Positions 48,011-59,400 of a stretch of 64,000 nucleotides of DNA are shown here, piece by piece. Below the pieces are notes generated by a model that did no database searches, had not been told where the DNA came from, and saw nothing but the letters and a program-made list of their open reading frames with translations. Source of the stretch: a virus (lineage: Duplodnaviria > Caudoviricetes); IMG/VR virus record IMGVR_UViG_3300020171_000025, positions 245 through 64,244 of that record. One strand, given 5' to 3'. Made by a program: the position numbers and the translations under genes. Position 1 is the first letter of the stretch. Every line of letters begins with the position of its first letter.

Positions 48011-49491
48011 TTACTTTAGAATTTCCTTCTTGGTGATTGATTGGGTAGGAATAACAATCATTCCGTCAAGTTGTGATTCTGGTTCATTGTGAAATAGATT
48101 CTGCAATATAACGGTCTTTTCCTTATCCTCAGAAATAAGCACACCCCATGTTTCGGCCTTCAAGAGTTGAGGTTTGAAGTCTGGTAACTTCCTTTCCGTG
48201 TAGGTGCAAGCGTCCATCCACTCAATATGGACCACCTTGTATCCCTTTTTGCAGTTAGGAGATTTCATGCATGGCCCATCTTCTCGGTATAAACAGGTTG
48301 TCCATACTCCTTGTCGCACCGGTCCTCAATCTCTGTAAGCCTCTCCCAAATGTAGTCTAAATCTTCCAGGATGTCTTCGAGGGTCGGGAGTTTATCTTCT
48401 TTCTTTTTCATACTCTCCTACAAAAATCTTCTATTAATACATGCAGACAGCGTTGGCACAGGTCACAGTCTATTTCGGATTCATCCCCGAATATGGACCC
48501 ATACCCGCATTCTAACCGTATATGATGAAACTCCTGAATCTCAAGTATATCGGTCTTATAATCAAATTCCGTTTTGCACCGATCACAGATGATCTTTGAA
48601 GGATAGTCAGTCTCGGTGATTTTCTTCCGGTAGATAAACATTTATGCTCCGTCTCGCTAATCTATTCCCTTCCAGTTTTCACAGCGGGTCATAATGAAAG
48701 TATTCCCGTGGTTTTTGCATATTTCATAAAATGCATCTGCCATAGGACAATTATCTGAAGCACCATGTGGTATGATCTTTAGATTCAAACAATGGAGGCA
48801 CATACAATGTTCTTTTCTGAGCATATCCATTGCCGGGGTTTCCCATATCCATTTACCATACCGAAATTCTCGTTTGGGTTCTTCCATTAATTTTTCCTTT
48901 CATGCAGGTCACATACCCCTAATAAGCTGGGAACCGTTTCAAGTTTCAAATAGGTAGTATTCTGTTCAACCACTTCTATAATCTTCGATTGCAGACACTC
49001 AATTACACCGTCCCAATCCCATTTAGCCCATCGGCAATTTGAGCAACAATCTACCTTTAGGATACGGTAGTTTTGCATTTCTTCTGTTTTTCCCTGATTA
49101 TGCGGATACGCTGGGCGTCATGCTTTGAACCGCCAAAGTTGAAATATTCCATAACTTCAAAAAGTAAGACCTCATCTCCTTTAAGGGGATCTTCTTCATT
49201 CTTTTCAATCACAATGTCTAAATCCGTTCCTATGAGGTGATACCCATTCTGGACGGCCTCGATTGTGAGTATCCACTTAGGATCCTCTTCCTGTTGCGCC
49301 TCTCGGATGGGAACTTCACTGTTCGGGACAAGGGACGGGTCAATATCTGCATCACAATTCTTCCCGCACTTCTCACATTGAAGCCAACACGTCCCTATCT
49401 TCATCTTTTTAGGATCATCCCCTGGAAAGTCAGGAGACATAACCCATATAACGTCGGCTTTGCAGCATTTAGATTTGAACATTATGAACAA
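48011..49491 (-). other. Cluster of small, mostly Cys-rich hypothetical ORFs
   Basis: 48011-48319 (V.IEW.DA..TWGVL), 48408-48641, 48657-48887, 48887-49078, 49057-49491. Confidence 0.6.
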
Positions 49492-49616
49492 CCTCTCAAT
49501 AGTAAAATGAGGAGTGCTATGATAATAAACAAATGTCCCCTATCGTTTTTAAGACTATCTATACCACGTTGAAGATTGTCCAGTTTCCGTTTCAACTCTT
49601 CTTCGGTCATTGAACC

Positions 49617-50492
49617 TCACACATTTGCCGATACAAATCGAAGGGTATAATTATCCTTCCCTCCGTCCCTGTGACGTTTCAACCCGATTTCTAATGAGAG
49701 GCAACCCAGGGGCCTCGGATAATATCCAAACTTTTCCGCATATGTCGGCATAGTTCCTTGAGCAAGTGTTTTAAGGTATGTCCCGCTTTCACATACTCTT
49801 TTTTCCACTTCCCTCACCCATGCAGGTTTACCGTGGCTTCCACCCTCTTGAGGCTTGATCCTGAGCACGGGAACGGAGAATTTCTTGTGTCTATGCCCAT
49901 AGACAGCGATATCCCAGCCCTCATATCTCATAGCATGATCGATATAAGCGTTTACATCCCCTCCTTCTTTTCTCGCATTTGCCCCTCCAAATCCATGATG
50001 GGCCATAATCATCAATGGAATGGTGTGATTTTTAGAGTAGGTGATTTGCATAGGAATGAAAGCCGAATATCCAAGGAATGTATGTTTCAGAAGACCACAC
50101 ATATACTGGGTCGGGTCGTAATTATGTTGAGTCATGGCAAGGGGATGGTTGCCGGAAATGTGCCCTAACCACTGTTCTGGTTTAGTGCAAGTCGATACTA
50201 TTCTTGCATAGTCCTCGGCCTCTGCCTCTATCATGCGGGGATAGACCTTTTTGTCAAGAAAACGGTCCTTCAAATCTTCCATCTTGTGACGTTTCTGGTC
50301 TGAGCGAGGGATTGAATCAAGTTCATCCCCTACCCCCAAGAATATGGTATTAGGAGGCTGTGTTGATAAATCCTCAAGCAGAAGATCCTCGTCCGAAGCG
50401 TCTTGAGCATGATGAACATCCGAGACAAATTTTATAGTAAGAGTTTCATCGATACTTTTGAAGTTTACTCTATAAGGTAACGATTGAAAGAT
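49617..50492 (-). CDS. Calcineurin-like metallophosphoesterase
   Basis: Frame is open 51 codons upstream of the track start and contains FVSDVH; then GVGD..D, SGNH, AHHG, YGH.H. Confidence 0.8.
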   Translation of the reverse strand: MFQSLPYRVNFKSIDETLTIKFVSDVHHAQDASDEDLLLEDLSTQPPNTIFLGVGDELDSIPRSDQKRHKMEDLKDRFLDKKVYPRMIEAEAEDYARIVSTCTKPEQWLGHISGNHPLAMTQHNYDPTQYMCGLLKHTFLGYSAFIPMQITYSKNHTIPLMIMAHHGFGGANARKEGGDVNAYIDHAMRYEGWDIAVYGHRHKKFSVPVLRIKPQEGGSHGKPAWVREVEKRVCESGTYLKTLAQGTMPTYAEKFGYYPRPLGCLSLEIGLKRHRDGGKDNYTLRFVSANV

Positions 50493-50681
50493 AGGTCATC
50501 CCTCCTTGTGCGAATTACTCTTGCCATTTTGCATCCCAACTCATATCTTTAATGGATTCAATTTGCTCTTCAAGAATTTTTACCTCTTGAATCAGCCATC
50601 CTATCCTTTCATCATGCCGATCAAAGGAACAGAATGCCTCGTAATCATCCTCAATGTCTTTCAGGGTTATTTCCTTGTCCA

Positions 50682-51110
50682 TTACCAGCTAATCCCCCTC
50701 AGAATCACCCCTATGGCAACCCCTACGATGCCATACATGAGGCCATCCTTTAAGGTTGACCCCTTGGATACCTTGAGCAACTCCTGATACTGTTTAGACT
50801 GATATTCACCTATCTTCATGACCTTCCTGGTCTGCTCCTCTGCAAAGTCAGCCCTCTTCCTCTCAAGGGCAATCTCCATATCCTTTAGGGCAAGTTTCTG
50901 GTTAAGGATATCTATCTTCTCATTCAGGAGTTTATCCCGTTCGATGAAGACGTTTCTTTCGGCTTCGGCCTTCAGGAGATCGGCTATTTCTTTGTTAGAA
51001 AGTATTACCTGATCCTGATCGAGACGGTCCCATGCTATTGCTTGGACCGAACAACTCATTAAGGCGACGGTCAATATCAGAATCAGACATTTTCTTGTTG
51101 CGAATTTCAC
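50682..51110 (-). CDS. Spanin-like protein (signal/lipobox-like N-terminus, coiled coil, C-terminal TM)
   Basis: LILILTVALMSC, heptad region, GLMYGIVGVAIGVIL; overlaps the upstream gene in the lysis cassette. Confidence 0.45.
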   Translation of the reverse strand: MKFATRKCLILILTVALMSCSVQAIAWDRLDQDQVILSNKEIADLLKAEAERNVFIERDKLLNEKIDILNQKLALKDMEIALERKRADFAEEQTRKVMKIGEYQSKQYQELLKVSKGSTLKDGLMYGIVGVAIGVILRGISW

Positions 51111-51519
51111 TTAGCAAATCTCCTGTCTTGGAAAGTTTTGAATCGATTACCTTGCTTGCCTTGTCCAGTGCCTTCAACTTGTTCTGAACAGTCCTTAAAT
51201 CCTTCTCATAAATGTCCTGCCTGTCCTGCTGGTCTTTTATTACCTGAGAGGTTTGTTTCTTGATCTCGGATTCAATAGCCTTTTGCCACTTGTTTTGAAT
51301 CGATCTACTCCGACATTCCGATAGACCGAGCAGGACAAACAGGGCAAGGATTATCCATACCCACCAGTTTTTCAGTACCTTGAGTATCATTTCCTTGACA
51401 CTTGTAAAGAAAGGTATAGGAATTGCAACAGGGGGGATGGGGTCGGGTACGGGTGCAAACTGTGCAACGTCAGCACCTGTATAGGTAGTATCAGGTACGG
51501 GATTTACGGGATCAGGCAT
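50995..51519 (-). CDS. i-spanin-like membrane-anchored coiled-coil protein
   Basis: WWVWIILALFVLLGL TM followed by a long coiled coil; near the endolysin. Confidence 0.5.
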   Translation of the reverse strand: MPDPVNPVPDTTYTGADVAQFAPVPDPIPPVAIPIPFFTSVKEMILKVLKNWWVWIILALFVLLGLSECRSRSIQNKWQKAIESEIKKQTSQVIKDQQDRQDIYEKDLRTVQNKLKALDKASKVIDSKLSKTGDLLSEIRNKKMSDSDIDRRLNELFGPSNSMGPSRSGSGNTF

Positions 51520-52011
51520 TTAGGTCTCCTCGGCCAAAATATAGATGGTTGTTTTTTTAATTTGATTTTCCCAGAAATCTCATACACGTCTACATCCTTA
51601 AGATCCTTGTAAGGAGAGAAGAAACCTATAGCTTCAATCATTTTCTCCTTGGTGCTAAATACCTGCACTGAAGTTCCCAAACCATCTGACCTGTCAACAA
51701 TGATGTACTTTACGGGATCAACCATATTACGCTCCTTGCGTTACGCAACCTTCGTTACGTACTTCTTCCATGCCCAGACTGCTATTACCGTACCGACTAC
51801 ACCAATCAGTATACCGAACCAAAACTGTGCCATGTTAGTCCTCCTTTTGAGATTAATTTTGACATATTGGGCATATGGCTGTTAGTTCCCCTTTTTTATT
51901 ATGTAGGCTTTCGCCACCCCTCATTTAACAGTAGCCTCTCCATACTGCACCACATACCCAATCTCTTCCGGTATCAATTTCCACCAATGCCCACAATTTT
52001 CTTCTGAATAT

Positions 52012-52569
52012 TTAAAAGCCCGCCCGCCTATAGACTAATAATAATTTACAAAGAATATTTTTCACGTAGGAACGGTTTTCAGCAAATGCTGAAACTGACC
52101 TTTTTGAATGTTTCTCCACATGACCGAACCAGAGGTCGGGATTGTCCTGTTTCTGTCCTGTTAGTTCTCTGTCACGGTTCAACCAGGTTAACCCTCCGTT
52201 ATACGCTGATAAGGTCATAGGCCACTTCTCCATGCTGTTAATTCTAACATAACACCATTTGTCATATATCACAAGCCCCCTGACGCTCCAAGAAACACTA
52301 TAGGGAGCATTTTCTTTCAGTTCTGGGTATAATCCGCTGATCCAATCAGCGGTTTTTGGCATAAATTGGGCAAGTCCTTGCGCTCCCACTGGCGATGTAG
52401 CAAATTGATCCCAATTTGACTCGGCGTGAATCTGTGCTGCAAATGTGGTAATTGGTTCGTCAAAAGACCACCAGAACCTAACTTCCTTAATTAAAAGGGG
52501 TTTGATTTTATAGGCTAATCGCGGAATTTCACTGTATGCCGAAGTGGAACTTAGTAGAATGATAATCAA
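52012..52569 (-). CDS. Endolysin, lytic transglycosylase (SLT)
   Basis: QIHAESNW..A.SPVGAQGLAQFMP.TA, LSAYNGG, ENR.YV..I; hydrophobic N-terminus. Confidence 0.9.
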   Translation of the reverse strand: MIIILLSSTSAYSEIPRLAYKIKPLLIKEVRFWWSFDEPITTFAAQIHAESNWDQFATSPVGAQGLAQFMPKTADWISGLYPELKENAPYSVSWSVRGLVIYDKWCYVRINSMEKWPMTLSAYNGGLTWLNRDRELTGQKQDNPDLWFGHVEKHSKRSVSAFAENRSYVKNILCKLLLVYRRAGF

Positions 52570-53246
52570 AATTGCATATTTAATTGTTTTAATCGTGCTA
52601 TCTCCTGCTCAAGTTCCTTTATTCTTTTTTGGTATGGTCTTGGTTGTGAATGATGATCCTTTTGGCTCATAGCCATTAAATTTTCTGGTCTATTATCGTC
52701 CTTAACACCGTTAAAATGATGGATGTGGTGTCCCTTTGGAACTGATCTCCCATGTACTTTTTCCCAAATCAAGATATGTTCTCTTACATAACCATCCCGA
52801 TTTGCTCTCGGATGTCCTTCTTGCAAAACCATAACATAACCACCCGGTCCCTTAATCTTGTCTCTTTTGTATGGTTTTCTTCCCTGTGCTTGGCTTACGT
52901 ATATAGATTCCAGATGTGTTCTTAATGGGAATCCCCACCTTCTAAATTTTTCTCCAATTGTGGAAGAATCAATGTTATATTTTTGTCCTAAAGTCACAAG
53001 GGATTCTCCATTTTGATATTCATCCCATAATTGTTTTATCGGTGTTTTTAGTTTTAATGTACTTTTAGGAAAAATTGAATAATGTAATTTCATAGATTCA
53101 GATTTTTGCCGGATGGGTATGCCCATTGCCCTAATTATGGCACGGACCTTTACCGTGCTAAATGGATATTGCTGTGAGATATCTCGAATGGAATATCCTT
53201 GTGTATATAGAACAGAAATATCCTTATGGTTTTGGTTTATATCCAT
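52566..53246 (-). CDS. HNH homing endonuclease inserted between holin and endolysin
   Basis: Two HTH-like repeats; HPRA..GYVREHILIWE..G..V.....IHH.NG.KDDNRPENL. Confidence 0.85.
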   Translation of the reverse strand: MDINQNHKDISVLYTQGYSIRDISQQYPFSTVKVRAIIRAMGIPIRQKSESMKLHYSIFPKSTLKLKTPIKQLWDEYQNGESLVTLGQKYNIDSSTIGEKFRRWGFPLRTHLESIYVSQAQGRKPYKRDKIKGPGGYVMVLQEGHPRANRDGYVREHILIWEKVHGRSVPKGHHIHHFNGVKDDNRPENLMAMSQKDHHSQPRPYQKRIKELEQEIARLKQLNMQF

Positions 53247-53253
53247 ATGTTTC

Positions 53254-53583
53254 TTAAAGACCAGCTACCAATCCCATAATACAGGCATACATTACGAGTC
53301 CAACCAGAATACATGCCCCAAGGGCTTTCAGAGCATCTGGAATCTCATTCTTTCTATCATCTGCAAACCAATCGGATAGGTGGATATATGGGAAAGCTCC
53401 CCTAACGAATACGAAGGCGAGGATGAACCCCGTGGATATGAGGACGATCTTGAAAGCAACTATCTTCGGAGTATTGCTTAAATATGGTATCTGAACCATC
53501 AGACCAAATAGGGCTAAGGCTATCAGTGGCCATTTTAAACGATTGGCTATCCACTGAGACACCTGATGTTTTACCTTTTTCAT
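53254..53583 (-). CDS. Putative holin
   Basis: 109 aa with three hydrophobic segments; R.AFPY motif; upstream of the endolysin. Confidence 0.65.
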   Translation of the reverse strand: MKKVKHQVSQWIANRLKWPLIALALFGLMVQIPYLSNTPKIVAFKIVLISTGFILAFVFVRGAFPYIHLSDWFADDRKNEIPDALKALGACILVGLVMYACIMGLVAGL

Positions 53584-53872
53584 TTATTCCTCCACACCAT
53601 ACGGTAGCAGATTTCAAGGAATCTACGGATCATTGGTTCTCTCCCCTTTCCATCTTGAAAATCTTCTTTTAGCTGATGTGCATCTCCGATTTTTTAATAT
53701 TCTTATAAAGACCTTAGTTCCCCTAATTTTGATTATGAAGTCGTGGGTAAGTCCGCAGTCACAACACCCAAGACGAAGGGTCTCGTCTTTTGTATCTACA
53801 CATAAAAATTCTCCATCCAAAATCTTTTTAATCAGACTCATTTTATCCGGTAGCAGATTTCAAGAAAACGGG

Positions 53873-54607
53873 TCATAAAGGCTCCTGTAAGGAGGGCATT
53901 ACCGCAGGACTAACCCTTTTGGATGGCCCCCTATCGTGAGTAAAGTCTAAAATCCCCTGTCTCTTATGATCTTCCAGCCTTTTAACCGCCCCATCGAAAT
54001 AATCCTTGTCAATCTCAAATCCTACCAGATCAAATCCCATATCATGACAAGCAATGGCGATTGAGCCGCTTCCAAGGTGGGTGTCAAGGATCTTGTCGCC
54101 TTCTTTGGCATAGTTTTTGAGGAGCCATTTGTAGAGGGCTACGGGCTTCTGGGTGGGGTGGATACGTATTTCTTTGTGAGCCATATTTCCTTGCAACATA
54201 CCGGCCCATTGAAACCTAAATTGTCGAACAGCTGTTGGGAATGATGTGTATGCCAATTCACAGTCTGCGTATCCATTTGTTCCGGTAATCTTGTCCCATA
54301 CAACCCAACATGGAGACCCCTTGGATATTCTTTCTGCAAAATGATTTGCACCCCAGATGATTTGATTTTTGCTTACTCTATTTAGTTCTAAGAAATAATC
54401 CTTACTTGGTGCTGCTTTATCCCAATCCTTAGAACCATAATTTTTAGACGGTGCGACAGCTTTCCCGAATTGCGTTCCTCCACGCACGTTTCGACTTTCC
54501 CCAATCCCATACGGCGGGTCAACAATGGCAAGGTCGAAGTGCTTGTCGGGATAGCGTTTCATCCCGATCATGCAATCTTCGTTGAAGAGTTCTATGTTAC
54601 TCATCAT
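53873..54607 (-). CDS. DNA methyltransferase, N6-adenine/N4-cytosine (beta class)
   Basis: IVDPPYG before IHPTQKPVALY and ILDTHLGSGS, GFEIDKDY. Confidence 0.92.
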   Translation of the reverse strand: MMSNIELFNEDCMIGMKRYPDKHFDLAIVDPPYGIGESRNVRGGTQFGKAVAPSKNYGSKDWDKAAPSKDYFLELNRVSKNQIIWGANHFAERISKGSPCWVVWDKITGTNGYADCELAYTSFPTAVRQFRFQWAGMLQGNMAHKEIRIHPTQKPVALYKWLLKNYAKEGDKILDTHLGSGSIAIACHDMGFDLVGFEIDKDYFDGAVKRLEDHKRQGILDFTHDRGPSKRVSPAVMPSLQEPL

Positions 54608-54871
54608 CCCCCACTACACATCTGTCCACACGTCCTGTTCCTGTATCTCCGGTCGTTTCTGTAACTCAGTGATAATAGGGTCTATGATGGCAAGGGCTTT
54701 ATCGAGGGAATGTTTACCGTCTCTTATACGCCCCTTACCGTAATATGCCTTGCCCTTCCGTATCCACCCTGATATAGCGATACATTGGTCAAGAAGGTTG
54801 TTGTAGGTCATTTGTTACCCTATTTGATAGTTTATCATCAATTCAATTGAAGTTTGACACCTTAAATTAGG

Positions 54872-55564
54872 TCATTTCATAACCTTATCCGCAAATCCGT
54901 ATTTAACGGCATCTTCTGGTTTGAGCCAAAATTCCTTATTCTTGATCTTGGAACATAATTCTTCCATTGTGATCTTTGATCTTGAGACGATGTAATTGTT
55001 GACCGTATTCTGGATAGTCCGGTAAATTTCTGCCTCCTGTTCTTTACCCGAAGGTGTCTCTATGGCGAAAAACTTGTAACTTTGGAGTTCGTGAAACATT
55101 ACCAGGGCATCCTTATCGATATACCTTGCATCCTTAGTGCCAGCCAACATGACGATTAGACCAGCAGAGGCAATCAAACCCCTTGCCTTAATTTCAATGA
55201 CCTTTCCCGCCTTCTCTTCTTCTCTCAATAATGCCACCATTGCCATAGCATCGAAGAGAGATCCACCAAAAGAGAAGATATCGATTGATAATTTCTTAGT
55301 CTGATAGGGTTGAAGTATAAGCAATAAATCTCGTAACCGTTGGAAATCTATATGCTCAATATATAAACTTGCAACCGAACCTGTAACTGTAACTCCTGAA
55401 GGAAGAGGATAACCTACCGCCCCATAAGGAGGAATATGGCAGGCCGTACAATTGGCGGGAAAGGCGTACTTACTCTTGCAGACAGGAACCTTTTTATCTT
55501 CCCCATACGCCAAGGACACCGCCAACACAATACTTATTAAAATAACAACCATTTGCTTTTTCAC
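54872..55564 (-). CDS. ClpP-fold serine peptidase with signal peptide and CxxCH motif
   Basis: Sec-type leader MKKQMVVILISIVLAVSLAYG; CTACH; S.GGS..D, ASAG (Ser), MFHE (His), FWL.PEDAVKYGFAD. Confidence 0.8.
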   Translation of the reverse strand: MKKQMVVILISIVLAVSLAYGEDKKVPVCKSKYAFPANCTACHIPPYGAVGYPLPSGVTVTGSVASLYIEHIDFQRLRDLLLILQPYQTKKLSIDIFSFGGSLFDAMAMVALLREEEKAGKVIEIKARGLIASAGLIVMLAGTKDARYIDKDALVMFHELQSYKFFAIETPSGKEQEAEIYRTIQNTVNNYIVSRSKITMEELCSKIKNKEFWLKPEDAVKYGFADKVMK

Positions 55565-55589
55565 GGTCCTACCCTCCTTTTGTTTGATT

Positions 55590-56153
55590 CTACGGCCACC
55601 AAGAGGAGATGTTAGCCCCCCTTAAATCGCCCTGTTTCACCTCGATGATGTAAATTTTGCTTGGTCCGGTGTAGTAGATCGCCCCTGCAAATTGATTATT
55701 CTCACCCGACAGAGGTTGCGCTGATATTTCGTTTCCATTCCGATCCACAGTGATCAACCGTACTTTGGTCTTTTTGTCTGCCACCGTTCCTGTATTGGAC
55801 TGATCGTAATCCACCGCACGGAAAGCAATTGTCCGACCCGTATAGTCCAAGCCAGTGTAGGCATTTGGGTCAAGGATGAAATAGATTATTCCACTTGCCC
55901 CCACACCAATAGCTCCCGGAGATCCCCTTTCATGGTAGCCGTACCCGATATAGGTGTTTTTAGTATTTAATTTACACCCCGTGGCCAGGACAGCTCCCCA
56001 ATTGCCCGTGGGAGGAGGAGGCGTAGGTGGTATAGGCACAGGAGGGGGGACAGGAGGTATCGGACTCCCGAAATCAGAGGCTTCGGGAATGGACACTTCC
56101 CATTGGTATAAAATTGCACCATCTTTCAGTAACTTATAAAGTTCCTTCTTCAT
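55590..56153 (-). CDS. Hypothetical protein with a Pro-rich linker
   Basis: PIPPVPPPVPIPPTPPPPT followed by a beta-rich domain. Confidence 0.6.
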   Translation of the reverse strand: MKKELYKLLKDGAILYQWEVSIPEASDFGSPIPPVPPPVPIPPTPPPPTGNWGAVLATGCKLNTKNTYIGYGYHERGSPGAIGVGASGIIYFILDPNAYTGLDYTGRTIAFRAVDYDQSNTGTVADKKTKVRLITVDRNGNEISAQPLSGENNQFAGAIYYTGPSKIYIIEVKQGDLRGANISSWWP

Positions 56154-56162
56154 ATTACCTCC

Positions 56163-56390
56163 CTATCTCCCACATAAATGGTCTATGAATTTGATTGCTA
56201 AGTATGCTCCTACCATGCCCCCAACGGTCAGGCTTCCGTTCCAGACATAAATAATCCTGAATATAGATGAGAATTTCTGATCAACCTTCTCCTCGATCTG
56301 TTCCAACTTCCGGTAAATGATCTTGTCTGATTCGCCCAGGTGGTCAATTTCTGCTCCTACTCGTCCCTTAAACTCACCATTCTCTGTCAT
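56163..56390 (-). CDS. Small coiled-coil plus TM protein (holin/XhlA-like)
   Basis: LEQIEEKVD followed by a hydrophobic C-terminus. Confidence 0.5.
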   Translation of the reverse strand: MTENGEFKGRVGAEIDHLGESDKIIYRKLEQIEEKVDQKFSSIFRIIYVWNGSLTVGGMVGAYLAIKFIDHLCGR

Positions 56391-56444
56391 CTTCCTACCC
56401 CTTAATTATACTCCTATATTTTGTTTCTCAATAGCCCCCTATTG

Positions 56445-59400
56445 TCATTCTTGCAGTGCATTAAACCATCTTCGTTCAGATGTTTTCTGTTTAGGGACAA
56501 ACGATTTCCTTAGACTTTCCGCTGTGATACGGGGTATTGCTCCTTTGTACTTCATCACTTCAACGTTGTATCGTTGTACTTCCTTTAGGATTTTTTGCCT
56601 GTCCTCTACGGTTTTTGCCATCCGATAACGAGAATACAGACTATCCCTCTTGTCCCGATAGTGAAGATCGACATTGCTTTCAACCCTCTTCTCCTGTGCC
56701 AACGAGGAGGTTCTTTCCGGTCTGAAACCTAATGTCTGACCTATGGCTTCTCCGGTCGTGAGGGTAACGGGCTTTCCTTGTTCGTCATAGATGAGTTTAC
56801 CCCTTGGCGTGGTCATGCCTTCGGTAGCCATCCTTCTGGCCTTCATCACGTTTTCCAGACCGAGAGGGGCAGCGGATTCTATAGCCCTTAAATAATCCCC
56901 TCTTGAGAGGGCTGCAATAGCGTTATCTGCCTTAGTTATCATCCCCCCATAGACACCATAGATATTCTCTTCCATGCCCTTTAAAGACGCTTTAGGGAGT
57001 CCTATTCGGAGAGATCCTGACAGGTCGTAACCGATAAGTGCCGGGAGGCCGGTCATGCCAAACTTCTCTAAAATCTCCCCGCCTGTGCCCTTAAGTGACT
57101 TACGCATCTTCGTCCTGAATGGTACACCCGTTACTTTCTCAAGTTGATCTAATAGGTCATCTATAAAAGGCAGGGCAGTTAGACCACCGAATAGGGCGAC
57201 ATAGGCAAGAGACCTTCCGAATACAGCGATATGTCGCTTCCCTTCCGCATCAGTACCGAGTGCCTTGACCAGACCGATAATGAAGTTGTGGTTGAATGAT
57301 CGGAAGGTGTAAAAAGCCCTTGCAACACCGCCGATAGTCCCTCCACTTCGCATCAGTTCAGGGGCATTGGCCTTACCGTAGGCAAATTGGGTCTGTAAAA
57401 TGAAATCCTGAGCCTTCTGGGTAGCCTCTTCGTGAGATAACCCCTGTTCCCTCCTTGCCACACGGTACATGGAAAGAGCGGCGGTTTTACGGTTAAATAT
57501 TTCTACCGCACTAAAAGGAAGGGAAAGGATTTCAAGGGCTTTCTGGTAAAAGTTACCGATAGGACTATTAGTGATAACCCCAATCTGTTCCTTGACGTAC
57601 TTTGCCGATGTATCTCCCCTTGAAATGAGATGGTCCAACATGGCCTTTTCTTCTTTGGATAATCTACTAAAAGCCACGTCCTTTCCAGCCTTGGCGACAA
57701 TGGCCTCTGGATTCTTGCCGGACTCCCGTGAGATCCCCGGTATCGTGGTGGTAAAACTCTGAGTGGCATTTATAGCACCGGCTGCAACCCTTCCCGTAAT
57801 GTACCATCCGAACATCATACTCGATCCCCAACTGGATAGACGGTCAGCCGTTGTGGAGTTCCTGAGCATATCCCGAATGTAGGTCTTGGCGTAATCGTAA
57901 AGTTCTGTCTGTGCTGTTTCCCCTGTAATCGGAATTTCCTTTAAAAGTTGCATAAAATCATAGGCGGCCTTCTGTTTGGTGAGAAAACCTGCCATGCCGT
58001 TGATATAGTTGGCTATTAATTCCTTCCCGTTTTCTGTCTTGTATCCACCTATGACATCGCCCTTCTCGTTCCTGATCCGGCCCACCATCCGTTCACCGAA
58101 TCCCCTTACCTTTAATTGGTCTGAAAGGACTTCTAAGAGTGAATCCCTGAGCGTCTCCGCATCTTCTCCGGTGATTTCTCCCCTTGCCTCTACCTTCTGC
58201 AGGGCCTTGTCCATGAACCGCTGAATTGAAACGTCGCTGATTTCCCCATAGATAGTTTCAGGAATGGCCTTCTCCGGTTTCAGTTCTACCGAATAACCTT
58301 TAGGTTGATACTTACGTTCAAGGCGATCCTTAATATCGTTCGCCTGCATCTTCTGTCTGATTTTAAGTAGATCGTCGGTACGTTCAGACCAGACAACCGT
58401 TCCTTCCGTGTCCCTTACCCTGATAACGTATTCACCCCGGCCACGTTCACGAGGGAAATATCCCTTCTGTCTACCAAATTCCTGTCTGAGTTCACGGATG
58501 GTATTGGGGGCTTCCTTTAGGGCGGTCCAGGCCAGTTGGAGTTCTTTGAAGTCTTTAGGGGTGAGGTTCGCTTCGGCGGTCTTCCATTCGCCAGCACGTT
58601 CTTTCGATGGGGCATTAATCAGGGATTGCATCTCCTGATAGAACGGTTTCCCCTCGTAAGGTTTAAGGGTCATTTCCTCTGCCTGCGCAAGCATCTTGGA
58701 GAGGGCATTGTCAAGGGCACTTCGGGTAGCAAGGTATCCCTTCGCTTCGGCATTATTCAGGTGGTGGATACTTCTTAGTTCCTGCTCGGTGTAGACCTTT
58801 GCGTCGGCATCCCCTGTCTGCAAGACCTTCAGAACTCTATCACTTGATCCACGGCTGAGGTTTGTGAACGGCTCTACCTGTTTAAAGAAGTCGTGGGCCA
58901 TCTCTTCCCTGTCTCCCCGGCGATTCCATTCTCTGTCAAAAATCTTCTTGAATGCGGGGAATTTCTGACCAATCCAAAATGGCAGAGAGGTTGTCCGTTC
59001 GATCTTCCCTAAGTCCTTCTCTTTGATACCAGTATTGAAACGTATCTTGAATTGGGATAGGCCACTAAAGGGAGAATCAAGAGAATGGATTTCTGATTCT
59101 TCTGCCTTGGAAAGTTTGAACTGTTCGGGGTCAGATGAGTATTTCTTAAAAACTTCCTCTATGGGTTTATCCCCTATTTTCTCAATTGTAATATCTTCAG
59201 GGTTGAACACGACATAATTGTACTTGCCGGTTTCCTTCATTCCAGAGAGAGAACCAACGGGGTATTTGATGCCAGAGATGCCTGCACGTTGGAGAAAGGC
59301 AGATGTTTCTTTTTTACCAGCAGGTGTATATCCCCCGACCCTATTTGTTAAATAATCGTATAATCCACCAACTGTTTTTATATCATCAATACCTTTAGCA

